From Nanobdellota archaeon (GTDB lineage: Archaea > Nanobdellota > Nanobdellia > Woesearchaeales > WJKV01), in NCBI GenBank assembly GCA_023133595.1, contig JAGLWF010000003.1:44369-108368 (forward strand): DNA of 64,000 bases, in the 5' to 3' direction. A program made the position numbers and the translations under genes. This document shows, piece by piece, positions 49,061 to 57,855 of the stretch. The notes beneath the pieces are model-generated. The model was not told the origin of the DNA. It did not search any database and was given only the letters and a program-made list of their open reading frames with translations. The stretch's first letter is position 1. The number at the start of each line of letters is the position of its first letter.

Positions 49061-50476
49061 TTATAACCCAGAAATAGCCTGATTCACTCTTCTCTGCTCA
49101 TTCGCATGTTTTATGTCCTGGATCTTCTGATGCAATATTGAACTCATCTTCATTACAATCTCTTTGTTTATGAGGGCAATATTATTCACTTCCCCAGGAT
49201 CTTTTTTCAGATCATATAATTCAAGAACTCCTCCATGTATCATCTTACATCTTTTACATACAGCTTTTTCTTTAGATAGAGCTTCGGCATATTTGTAATC
49301 GTGATTCCTGATAGCTGATTTTCTGGACTGGTAGGATTCTTCCATGAAAACAAAATCCCGGACCTTGTCTTTTTTTCCGTTCATCACATCTAATAAACTT
49401 TTCCCATCAAAAATAGATGGATCGTATTTGATCCTAACCAAATCCAGGATAGTAGGAGCAAGATCTTCAAGCTGCACAAGCGCTTTTATTCTTTTATCTT
49501 TAGGCAATGATTTGCCGCTGATTATCAAAGGGATATTTACTGTGACATCGTGCAATCCATGATGATCAAAATAGATCTCATGCTCTTCAAGACTCTCTCC
49601 ATGATCTGATATCAGCAGGATTATAGTTTTATCCAATAATTTTTTTTCTTTCAGTGCATCTATCACTTTTCCAATCAAGTGGTCATCGTAGGAAATTGCA
49701 CAATCGTACCGGGCAGAGATATCTGCCATAGTGTCTCTTCTGTCGGTTCCTGTTTTGTAGAACTCTATCAGTTCTTTAGGATAATTTTTTTTTGATATTT
49801 CTTTGATGAAACTCTCGCTCTTTTTCTCTGGCTTGAACCTATGTGCAAATTTTCCCGGAGCATTATACGGCATGTGCGTGTCGTTATAGTCAATACAGAG
49901 AAAAAATCTGTCATTCCCATCTTTCTCTTTTATTATCTTGATTGCTTCCTCTGTTGTTTTTGGCCCTCCATGCCTTATGCTTATCTTGTCAGTAATCCTT
50001 CTTGGAAGGATATAAAACACAGATTGGGATATTTTAGAAACAACAGGCAGTTTTTTTATGAACTGTATTGTATCCTCAATTTTATTAGCTTTTTTCTCGC
50101 TGCCTTTTAGATAAAAATCAAAACCTCTCTTACGCCAGTTCTGCAGATCTGCCATACGATAGGTTTTGTATCCATTTTTCTGCAATATTTCTTGCAAAAA
50201 ACCCCCTCCTGAATTGAAGAATGCGTCAAGCTCTTCTTTTTGCAAGAGAAAATCAGAATCCCCACTGGAAAGCATGTATCTTCCGCCCAAAATAGACACA
50301 AATGATCGGTCTGTTGTGTTATTGAAAGCAAAAGCATTCTCAAACAAGATCCCGTTCTTAGCAAGCTTGTCGATATTTGGAGATGTATTCCTGTGATAAC
50401 CATAGCAGCTGAGATGTTTTGCCCTGAGAGCATCTAAAACAATCAGAATTATATTTGGTTTTGATTCTTCTGCCAT
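49061..50476 (-). CDS. Second alkaline-phosphatase-superfamily 'sulfatase-like' protein (paralogue), also without a canonical CxPxR motif
   Basis: NIILIVLDALRAKHLSCYGY; the nucleophile region reads NNTTDRSF. Start taken at MAEESKPN. Confidence 0.65.
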   Translation of the reverse strand: MAEESKPNIILIVLDALRAKHLSCYGYHRNTSPNIDKLAKNGILFENAFAFNNTTDRSFVSILGGRYMLSSGDSDFLLQKEELDAFFNSGGGFLQEILQKNGYKTYRMADLQNWRKRGFDFYLKGSEKKANKIEDTIQFIKKLPVVSKISQSVFYILPRRITDKISIRHGGPKTTEEAIKIIKEKDGNDRFFLCIDYNDTHMPYNAPGKFAHRFKPEKKSESFIKEISKKNYPKELIEFYKTGTDRRDTMADISARYDCAISYDDHLIGKVIDALKEKKLLDKTIILLISDHGESLEEHEIYFDHHGLHDVTVNIPLIISGKSLPKDKRIKALVQLEDLAPTILDLVRIKYDPSIFDGKSLLDVMNGKKDKVRDFVFMEESYQSRKSAIRNHDYKYAEALSKEKAVCKRCKMIHGGVLELYDLKKDPGEVNNIALINKEIVMKMSSILHQKIQDIKHANEQRRVNQAISGL

Positions 50477-50610
50477 TAAAATTCTGAAAATTACAAGGAA
50501 TTTATAAATATTCGGAATCATAGTTCTAGTAAACTTCTTTTATCCCAATTTTACAATAATCCTTCTAAAAAACTCTTCAAAAAGCATATAAATCTGAAGT
50601 ACGCATTATC

Positions 50611-50626
50611 CACTGGCCACTGGACA
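50611..50626 (+). promoter_or_regulatory. 16-bp motif CACTGGCCACTGGACA, 13 bp upstream of the BRE/TATA (GGGTTTATAAAG) of radA; identical copy upstream of the 57856 nuclease gene
   Basis: Exact 16/16 identity with 57797-57812. Both copies sit 13-15 bp upstream of a TATA-like element of a + strand gene. Confidence 0.4.
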
Positions 50627-50693
50627 TGCGCGAACAGGGTTTATAAAGCAACACGCCTCTATATACTATAAAATTATAAAGAGGTGTTGCGTT

Positions 50694-51701
50694 ATGGCAA
50701 AAGAACAAAAGATTGAACTGAAACTTGAGGGGGATGTTAAAATGGAGGAAGACAATACCATCATAATCGAGAAAAAGGAAGTCAAAGTAACAGATCTTCC
50801 TGGTGTAGGCCCGGCCACACTAGAAAAACTCGAAAAAGCAGGTTATGATAATCTATTGGCAATTGCAGTAGCATCTATTGGAAATATTGTTGATGCAACT
50901 GGTATGACAGATGTAGCTGCCAGAAAATTGATACAAGGAGCTAGAGATTCCATGGAAATGGGTTTTGAGTCTGGAGATGCTCTTCTAAAAAGAAGGGAGA
51001 GAGTCCAGAAGATCAGGATTCCAGCAGTATCCGTCAATGAACTTCTTGGAGGGGGTTTTGAGACTGGGGCGATAGTTGAAGTCTTTGGACAATACGGATC
51101 TTCTAAGACACAGATTGGTCATCAATTAGCTGTATCTTGCCAGAAAGATGGAGGAACTGCAGTATATATTGATACTGAAAATACGTTTCGGCCGGAACGT
51201 ATTACTCAAATGTCAAAAGCACTGGATATGGACCCGATGGAGGTTCTGAAAAATATCAAAGTTGCGCGCGCATATAACTCTGATCATCAGATGTTTCTGG
51301 CTGAGAAAGTCGAAGAATTATGCAAAAGAGATAAAAATATCAAAGTTGTGATTGTTGATTCTCTGACAGCTTTGTTCAGGGCTGAGTATGTTGGTAGAGG
51401 AACATTAGCAACAAGACAACAGAAACTTAATCGACATATGAGAACACTTGCAAAAATCGCTGATATGTACAATGTTTGTATCTTAGTCACAAACCAAGTC
51501 ATGTCTAAGCCTGACCAGTTCTTTGGAGATCCGACTGAAGCTATAGGAGGACACATTGTCGGGCACAATTCTACTTTCAGAATCTATCTTCGCAGAGGCA
51601 AGAAAGGGACTCGTGTTGCCAAACTAATAGACGCACCTCATATGCCAGACGCTGAAGCTTCCTTCTTGATAACAGAAGACGGCATCCTGGATGTGAAATA
51701 G
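50694..51701 (+). CDS. radA: RadA recombinase (archaeal Rad51/RecA homologue)
   Basis: N-terminal HhH domain (LPGVGPATLEKLEKAGYDNLLAIAVAS), Walker A (GQYGSSKTQ), Walker B (VIVDSLTALFR). Confidence 0.92.
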   Translation: MAKEQKIELKLEGDVKMEEDNTIIIEKKEVKVTDLPGVGPATLEKLEKAGYDNLLAIAVASIGNIVDATGMTDVAARKLIQGARDSMEMGFESGDALLKRRERVQKIRIPAVSVNELLGGGFETGAIVEVFGQYGSSKTQIGHQLAVSCQKDGGTAVYIDTENTFRPERITQMSKALDMDPMEVLKNIKVARAYNSDHQMFLAEKVEELCKRDKNIKVVIVDSLTALFRAEYVGRGTLATRQQKLNRHMRTLAKIADMYNVCILVTNQVMSKPDQFFGDPTEAIGGHIVGHNSTFRIYLRRGKKGTRVAKLIDAPHMPDAEASFLITEDGILDVK

Positions 51702-51761
51702 ATTTCTTTTTCTTCTTTTTCTATGGAAAGACTTATAAAACTATTTGGAGTATAATTTTCT

Positions 51762-52712
51762 ATGGTCATTTTGACAAAGTTAGATAAAGAAGATTTTAAG
51801 AAAATTCTTGAGAAGTATAATATTGGCAAACTTAAATCCTACAAACATGTAACATGGGCACTAGAAAATACAGTCTATTTTGTGAATACAACAAAAGGAA
51901 AATATGTTCTGAAAATATTCGAGACAAGAGATCCAAGGTATGTCCATTTCCAAGTTAAGATTGTGGATTTTGTACAGAAGAAAAATCTTCCTGTTCCTAA
52001 GATCATAAAAACAAAAGCAGGAAAGAATCTTGGCATTTACAATAATAAGAACATTATAATCCATAAATTTGTTGATGGAAAACCTGTAAAGAAGCTAACT
52101 GAGAAGTTAGTCAAAGAAATTGCCAAAAAACAAGGAAGCATGAACAAAAAACTCTTAAGATTAAATCTCAAAGCACCTTATACTTGGGGAAAAAATCGCC
52201 AATTCAAACCAATATCTTTTGTGAAACCTAAATTCGGTGATTTTGATCTTCAGAAAAATGCAGATAAACTGCTAAAAGATATTCAAAAAATAAAAAGGAC
52301 CAAACTAAGAAGGAGCATAATCCATGGCGATTTTCATACTATCAATCTACTGGTTAAAAATCACAAACTAGTGGCTATACTAGACTGGGATGATGCACAT
52401 GAGGATTTTCTTGTAACAGAGATTGCGGTCTTTATTGCTCATTCAATTCTCTCTTCTGGAGGACTGAATAGAAAATATCTTAAATTATATCTCAAAGGAT
52501 ATCAAAAAGAATTAAAATTACACAAGGAAGAGCAAAAAGCTATTTATTATTTTATCAAGTCTAGATATCTTGGAGCAATAGGCTGGAGCTTAAAACAGTG
52601 GAAAAAACATCCCGATCAAAGAAAACATATTGAAAATTGGATATCTAATGCTATTGGAAGCTATAAGATCTTAGATAGTATCTCTTTAGAAGAATTCTTG
52701 AGTTTCTTTTAG
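51762..52712 (+). CDS. Aminoglycoside-phosphotransferase / choline-kinase-fold kinase
   Basis: Brenner-type catalytic motif IIHGDFHTINLLV and the metal-binding LDWDDA. Confidence 0.6.
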   Translation: MVILTKLDKEDFKKILEKYNIGKLKSYKHVTWALENTVYFVNTTKGKYVLKIFETRDPRYVHFQVKIVDFVQKKNLPVPKIIKTKAGKNLGIYNNKNIIIHKFVDGKPVKKLTEKLVKEIAKKQGSMNKKLLRLNLKAPYTWGKNRQFKPISFVKPKFGDFDLQKNADKLLKDIQKIKRTKLRRSIIHGDFHTINLLVKNHKLVAILDWDDAHEDFLVTEIAVFIAHSILSSGGLNRKYLKLYLKGYQKELKLHKEEQKAIYYFIKSRYLGAIGWSLKQWKKHPDQRKHIENWISNAIGSYKILDSISLEEFLSFF

Positions 52713-52737
52713 CACAAAGTTTATAAACAACTCTTTC

Positions 52738-53643
52738 TTGATTTTATGTATGGAAGTAATATTTTTGGGCACTTCGAGCATGGTGCCAACAAAAGATAGG
52801 AATCAGACATCTGTACTAGTCAAATGTAGAAATTATGATATTCTCATAGATTGTGGTGAAGGAACACAGAGACAGATGAAGATCAAGAAGATAAGTCCGC
52901 ACAGGATCAAGAGAATTCTGTTATCACACTGGCATGGAGATCATACTCTGGGACTGGCAGGTCTGATGCAGACACTGGGGATGACAGAGTATCAAGGTGT
53001 TTTAGAGATTTATGGGCCTAAAGGCACAAAGAAACATATCAAAGCACTGCACGATGCATTTTATTTTGAACAAAAATTGCAATTGAAGATCAAAGAATGC
53101 AAAACAGGAAAAATATTTTCAGATGATGATTACGAGATTTATTCAGCAGAACTGGATCACGGCACAGTTCCTTGTATCGGATTTTCAATCCAGGCTAAAG
53201 ACAAGAGAAGGATCAAAGTTGCAACAGTCAAGAAACTAGGGATTCCAGAGGGTCCTTTGCTTGGAAAATTACAGCAAGGAAATTCTATTGTGCACAAAGG
53301 AAAGAAAATATTTCCGAACGATGTCACGTATATTGTGAAAGGAAAGAAATTGGCTTATGTCACAGACACTGGTGTCTGCGACGGCGCCTATAAACTAGCA
53401 AACGATGCAGACGTCCTAATATCAGAAGCTACTTTCAAGACAGAGCTTGAAGAGAAAAGCCGTAAAGCAAAGCATCTGACTGCAAAACAGGCAGCACAGC
53501 TGGCTAGCAAATCTAATGTTAAACAATTGATCATCACACATTTTTCGCAGAGATATAAATCAACAACAGAAATGGAAGAAGATGCAAAAGATTATTTTAA
53601 GAATGTCAGGGCTGCTTTTGATTTTCTGAAAATTAAAGTTTGA
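52738..53643 (+). CDS. rnz: Ribonuclease Z (tRNA 3'-processing metallo-beta-lactamase)
   Basis: LGTSSMVP, LSHWHGDH motif II; ~300 aa short form. Confidence 0.7.
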   Translation: MILCMEVIFLGTSSMVPTKDRNQTSVLVKCRNYDILIDCGEGTQRQMKIKKISPHRIKRILLSHWHGDHTLGLAGLMQTLGMTEYQGVLEIYGPKGTKKHIKALHDAFYFEQKLQLKIKECKTGKIFSDDDYEIYSAELDHGTVPCIGFSIQAKDKRRIKVATVKKLGIPEGPLLGKLQQGNSIVHKGKKIFPNDVTYIVKGKKLAYVTDTGVCDGAYKLANDADVLISEATFKTELEEKSRKAKHLTAKQAAQLASKSNVKQLIITHFSQRYKSTTEMEEDAKDYFKNVRAAFDFLKIKV

Positions 53644-54961
53644 TCTTCTGTCCGTTCTTCAGAAGATGGACATTTTTCTTTAGCTTGTATCCAATGCTTA
53701 CTGCAAGATCTGCCAGGGCTTTTCTTAACTTGATATCTCCGTGCGTTGGGATGATGTGGCCTGGTTTTGTGAATGCCATCAGATCTCTCAGATCCTCTCT
53801 TGCACCGTGGCCAGAGACGTGTATGTCCTTGAACATTCTTACTTGTTTCTTGTCCAGTTTCTTTTCCAAAGCTTTCCTGTTCGCCATGTTGATCGGCGCA
53901 GGAATGACTCGGCATGAAAAGATTATGTGATCACCTTTCTGAAGCTTGAAATCAAACTCGTCATCAGCAATTCTGGTCAGGGCTGCTTTTGGCTCTCCCT
54001 GGTGGCCTGTTGAGACAATAACATATTTATCTCTCTCTTTTTCCACTTTTTTCAGTTTTCTTTTTATCTCTGAACCGTATTTTGCAACTTCAACATCTTT
54101 TGTGAAATTTATGATATTGATCTTCTCTCCAGCCTCTACATATTTTGCTAATGACCTTCCGACAAACATGATCTTTCTGTTCAGTTGCTTTGAATATTTG
54201 ATGATTGAAGATAATCTAGCTAGATGAGAGCTGAAAGTGCTTATGATAATAGCTCTTCCTTCACTTGATGTTCCAAGAATGACATCCTTCAGCATAGCTT
54301 TTGCAACAGATTCTGAAGGCATCTTCATTGCTTCGTTTGCATATAAAGATTCCACGATTAAAACTCTAACATTTTCCAGTTCTTTTAATCTGTTGAAGTT
54401 AGTCTTTTTTTCTAGTACTGGGAACATGTCGAACTTGTAGTCGTTTGCATATAGTATGGCCCCTTCTTTTGTGTGCAATGCTAATAGTACTGTCTGTGGT
54501 GTTGAATGTGTTACACTGATGAATTCAACTGTGATATTTTCTGAGATCTTATGTTTAGAATTCTTGTTCAATGGCTTTAACGGATTCTTTAGTTTCTGCT
54601 TATTTTCCCTGCAGATAGTCTTGAGAACCTCTATTGTATAGGGAGTTCCCATGATTGGACAATCGTATTTTTCTGCGAGATATGGCAACGCTCCAATGTG
54701 ATCTAAGTGAGCATGAGTACAGATGATCAACTTTACTTTGTCCTTCCATTTCTCAAGCACTTTATCGTTCGGGATAGCATTATTCCTGATCAATGCTTTT
54801 GCATCCATCAGATCAGCACCCTCCCTCTCATCCTGGACTTTGATATAATTATCCAACTGCACACCCATATCAAGAATAACAACATCATCACCAACCTTGA
54901 CAGCAGTCATATTCTTTCCAACTTCGTTGTATCCACCCACTGCACATATCTCTATTGCCAT
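53633..54961 (-). CDS. beta-CASP metallo-beta-lactamase ribonuclease (aRNase J / aCPSF-like)
   Basis: ICTHAHLDHIGALP and downstream beta-CASP motifs; 442 aa. Confidence 0.72.
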   Translation of the reverse strand: MAIEICAVGGYNEVGKNMTAVKVGDDVVILDMGVQLDNYIKVQDEREGADLMDAKALIRNNAIPNDKVLEKWKDKVKLIICTHAHLDHIGALPYLAEKYDCPIMGTPYTIEVLKTICRENKQKLKNPLKPLNKNSKHKISENITVEFISVTHSTPQTVLLALHTKEGAILYANDYKFDMFPVLEKKTNFNRLKELENVRVLIVESLYANEAMKMPSESVAKAMLKDVILGTSSEGRAIIISTFSSHLARLSSIIKYSKQLNRKIMFVGRSLAKYVEAGEKINIINFTKDVEVAKYGSEIKRKLKKVEKERDKYVIVSTGHQGEPKAALTRIADDEFDFKLQKGDHIIFSCRVIPAPINMANRKALEKKLDKKQVRMFKDIHVSGHGAREDLRDLMAFTKPGHIIPTHGDIKLRKALADLAVSIGYKLKKNVHLLKNGQKIKL

Positions 54962-55045
54962 ATGATTTCTTTTATAAGGATAAGTTTATAAAGGTTATTG
55001 AAGAAAGCCAAATTTTAAATATTGAGGTCTTTGAACAATTCTAAA

Positions 55046-55747
55046 ATGCAACGAAACAGAGGATTAGAAATTATTTGTTTTGACATGGAAGGCACTATCT
55101 TAAGAAAAGTTACAGAGAATTTGATTAGTAAAGATATTCCACCAAGTGTGTGGGTGCGACTTGCTGAACGAGTTGGTCCTGAGGCATTGGAAGAAGAATT
55201 GGCTACTCAGGAAAAATGGTTGAGAGGGGAATTCAAATATTCGGCTTGGATGGATCAACTTGCACGCACTTATAGAAGATTTAGATTGAAAAAGCGGCTT
55301 TTTGATGAGGTTATGGATAGTGTTGGTTATCATCCAGGTGTTCAGGAAACTTTTGAAGAATTGAAAAGAAAAGGTTACACAATCGCTTTATTAACCGGCG
55401 GATTTAAAGCGCAAGCAGACAAAGTTGCCGAAGAACTGGATATAGATCATGTTGTTGCAGCGTGTGAATTTTTTTGGAACCAAGATAATGAACTTTCGCA
55501 TTGGACCCTGTTGCCATGTGATGCTGAAGGAAAATTACTCTTTATGAAAGCGATTGTTGAAGGATTAGGTTTTGCACTAGAGCAAAGCAGTTATGTTGGA
55601 GATTCAAGAAGTGATATTCCTTGTGCAAAAGAAGCAAGAGTATCAATAGCTTTTAATGGACATCCAGATTTACAAAAAGCCTGCACTTATTCTATAAACC
55701 AGCCAGAAGGAGAAGAAGATTTTAGAGAAATTCTGCAGTATTTTTGA
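55046..55747 (+). CDS. HAD-superfamily hydrolase (phosphoserine-phosphatase-like)
   Basis: Motif I ICFDMEGTI (second Asp is Glu), motif IV GDSRSDIPCA. Start taken at MQRNRG. Confidence 0.55.
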   Translation: MQRNRGLEIICFDMEGTILRKVTENLISKDIPPSVWVRLAERVGPEALEEELATQEKWLRGEFKYSAWMDQLARTYRRFRLKKRLFDEVMDSVGYHPGVQETFEELKRKGYTIALLTGGFKAQADKVAEELDIDHVVAACEFFWNQDNELSHWTLLPCDAEGKLLFMKAIVEGLGFALEQSSYVGDSRSDIPCAKEARVSIAFNGHPDLQKACTYSINQPEGEEDFREILQYF

Positions 55748-56385
55748 GAATACTTTTATATATCAAGAATATTCAATCCAATAAAATGAAGAAAGTAATC
55801 ATCTTTGATTGGGGCGGAATTTTGGCTGTGCCTAGTCGCAAAAAACATACTTTTGATATTCTTGCTGAGAAATTAGGTGTTTCTCATGATAAAGTGATGC
55901 AAGCTTTTAACAACGGATTTCAGGATTTAAGATGCGGGAGATTGAATGTCTCTCAGTTTTGGGACAATTTTCTTTTTGATTTAAGAAAAGAGTATGACAA
56001 AAAGAAGCTTACAAAGATCCTATTTGACGAAAGAAAATTAAGCAAACCTGCCTATAACTTGTTGTTGAAATTAAAAAAGAAAAACAAGATCTATATTTTT
56101 TCTAATAATATTGAAGAATGGCACAGATATTTGGTGCGAAAATTCAAAATCAATCTCAAAGGCATCCCGTTTATTGCTTCTTATCATCTCAACTGCGCGA
56201 AACCAGAATTAAAAGCGTTTAGATTATTCTTGAAAAGGATAAAGAAAAAGGCAAAAGAATGCATATTTATCGATGATAAGAAAGGCAATGTAAAAATCGC
56301 ACAAAAATTAGGCTTTGATGCCATATATTTTGAGAACGTAAGGCAGTTGAAATCTGAACTTAGAAAAAGAGATATCGAATTCTAG
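55744..56385 (+). CDS. HAD-superfamily hydrolase with a DxxGxL-type motif I
   Basis: VIIFDWGGILA, FIDDKKGN. Confidence 0.5.
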   Translation: MRILLYIKNIQSNKMKKVIIFDWGGILAVPSRKKHTFDILAEKLGVSHDKVMQAFNNGFQDLRCGRLNVSQFWDNFLFDLRKEYDKKKLTKILFDERKLSKPAYNLLLKLKKKNKIYIFSNNIEEWHRYLVRKFKINLKGIPFIASYHLNCAKPELKAFRLFLKRIKKKAKECIFIDDKKGNVKIAQKLGFDAIYFENVRQLKSELRKRDIEF

Positions 56386-56388
56386 AAA

Positions 56389-56423
56389 GCCTCTGGAGGG
56401 ATTTGCACCCTCTAATCTAAGAG
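56389..56423 (-). other. tRNA 3'-half-like fragment (T-arm + 3' acceptor strand); imperfect copy of the 3' end of the tRNA at 57508-57610; no matching 5' half found nearby
   Basis: Minus strand reads ...GAGGGTGCAAATCCCTCCAGAGGC versus the intact tRNA's ...GAGGGTGCGATTCCCTCCCAGGGC, same orientation. It overlaps the 3' end of the LAGLIDADG ORF. Confidence 0.4.
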
Positions 56424-57395
56424 TTTCGGACAAGTTTTTCTGATCCTATTTATGTGCCTTGAATTAGAAAAACCTATTGTTTTTAAAAACTTTTTTGTAT
56501 ACTTTTCCCCATTAATTTGAATAATATATCCATTTTTAGTTATTGTTGGATTTAAATCAAAAAATTGCAATGTATTATAAATTTGTCTAATCAAAGGTCT
56601 ATTTATAAGTTCAATATGGATTCTAGGGTAAGGATTGCGATAAGACGGCCTTTTATCAAAAAAGACGCAACCATCGGTATCATATATTCCTCTCAAAAGA
56701 GCAGTAATATGTTCTCGACAAGAGTTTAATATTTCTTGGGGAATTTTAACGGTATATGATTTCTTGCCTGCAGGAAATTTAAATCTTTGGGTTAATAATA
56801 TATGGAGAGTTTTAGAGTTGAGATTTATTCTTAAGGTATTATCTATCCTTTTGATGCGCGGTTTAATATTAAAATAGGTTTTTGCAATAGGAATCATGCA
56901 TTTTTCATAATATTCATAATCATATCTGGAATCTCCTGTAAATTGTATTACATAAGAAGACCCATATTTGTTAGTAAAACCGTCACCAATGAAAGCGCCA
57001 AGAAATTCACAGAGATTTTCATTTAGCTCTAGATTAACATCAAAATGATATTTACTTATTCTGTTTTTCCACGACAATTTTCTACCTATCATAAAAATCT
57101 CTTTGTGATTTTTATAAGTTGTAATGCCTCCTTTTTTACGACCCCAATTTTCATCGATAAGTTGTATTGTTTTATTGAAATAATTCTGTTTTTCTGTCGA
57201 TAGGATGTTATTTAATTTTTGGTACCTATAATAAGGAAGTGTGTACATTCCATTTTTATAAAATTCAAATCTAGATTTAGGAATGTTTGTGAAGTTTCTT
57301 AGTTCTTTCCAAAATCTAAAACCGCTTGCCTTAAGAGCTTCTTTAAAGAATGAAATTCTATCAGATTTGTTTTGAAAAATTACTCGTTTTTTCAT
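56412..57395 (-). mobile_element. Free-standing LAGLIDADG-family homing endonuclease ORF (two LAGLIDADG motifs)
   Basis: Motif 1 LCEFLGAFIGDGF, motif 2 ITALLRGIYDTDGCVFF; 327 aa. Confidence 0.65.
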
Positions 57396-57507
57396 ACAGA
57401 AAAATAAAACCTACCTATTAATAAGTTTTTGGTTTTCTGAGCTACAAGGGCATTTTTTGGAATTATTCTAATAAATTATAGAATAAATATATTTTTGAAA
57501 AAATAAA

Positions 57508-57610
57508 AGCCCTGGGAGGGAATCGCACCCTCGACCTGCAGTTTTCTGTGCAAAGCGCATACGAGATTCAGCTCAATGATCTGCTGCTCTGGCTACTAAG
57601 CTACCAGGGC
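57508..57610 (-). tRNA. tRNA gene (~103 nt incl. discriminator) with a ~30-nt insertion in the anticodon region, consistent with an archaeal BHB intron; isotype not resolved by hand
   Basis: Minus-strand RNA: GCCCUGG-UA-GCUU-AGUAGCCA-GAGC-A-GCAGA...CUGC-AGGUC-GAGGG-UGCGAUU-CCCUC-CCAGGGC-U, with a perfect 7-bp acceptor stem, D-arm and T-arm. No CCA encoded. T-rich tract downstream. Confidence 0.6.
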
Positions 57611-57799
57611 TTAAAGTTTATTCAGGATTTCTTCTTTTGACAGCTTGCTCTGGCATTCTGGGCAGATCAGGTGTTTTTTCTTGCCTTTCTTGATATAAGT
57701 ACCTAGGATCTTCTTCAGGAATGTCGTGGCAATTGTCTTTTTGCAGATTTCGCATTTCATAGCATGCATTATCTTGAAGTAGATTATAAACTTTTGCAC
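57611..57799 (-). CDS. Small CxxC...CxxC zinc-ribbon protein (62 aa) whose stop directly abuts the tRNA 5' end
   Basis: MKCEICKK...22 aa...CPECQSK; coding status uncertain. Confidence 0.3.
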   Translation of the reverse strand: MQKFIIYFKIMHAMKCEICKKTIATTFLKKILGTYIKKGKKKHLICPECQSKLSKEEILNKL

Positions 57800-57812
57800 T
57801 GGCCACTGGACA
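57797..57812 (+). promoter_or_regulatory. Second copy of the 16-bp motif CACTGGCCACTGGACA, followed by the palindrome TGGACAGTTGTCCA and a TATA-like box (TTATATAG), ~45 bp upstream of the nuclease gene start
   Basis: Exact match to 50611-50626; spacing to the TATA-like element is 15 bp. Confidence 0.4.
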
Positions 57813-57855
57813 GTTGTCCATAGTGCTTATATAGGAAACAGAGACTCCAAAAGAT

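Noticed and set aside
56389-57610. Interpreting the LAGLIDADG ORF as lying inside a giant tRNA intron (5' half at 57610, 3' half at 56389)
   Set aside because: The tRNA at 57508-57610 already has its own perfectly complementary 3' acceptor strand and T-arm. The downstream fragment's acceptor strand (CAGAGGC) does not pair with that tRNA's 5' strand (GCCCUGG).
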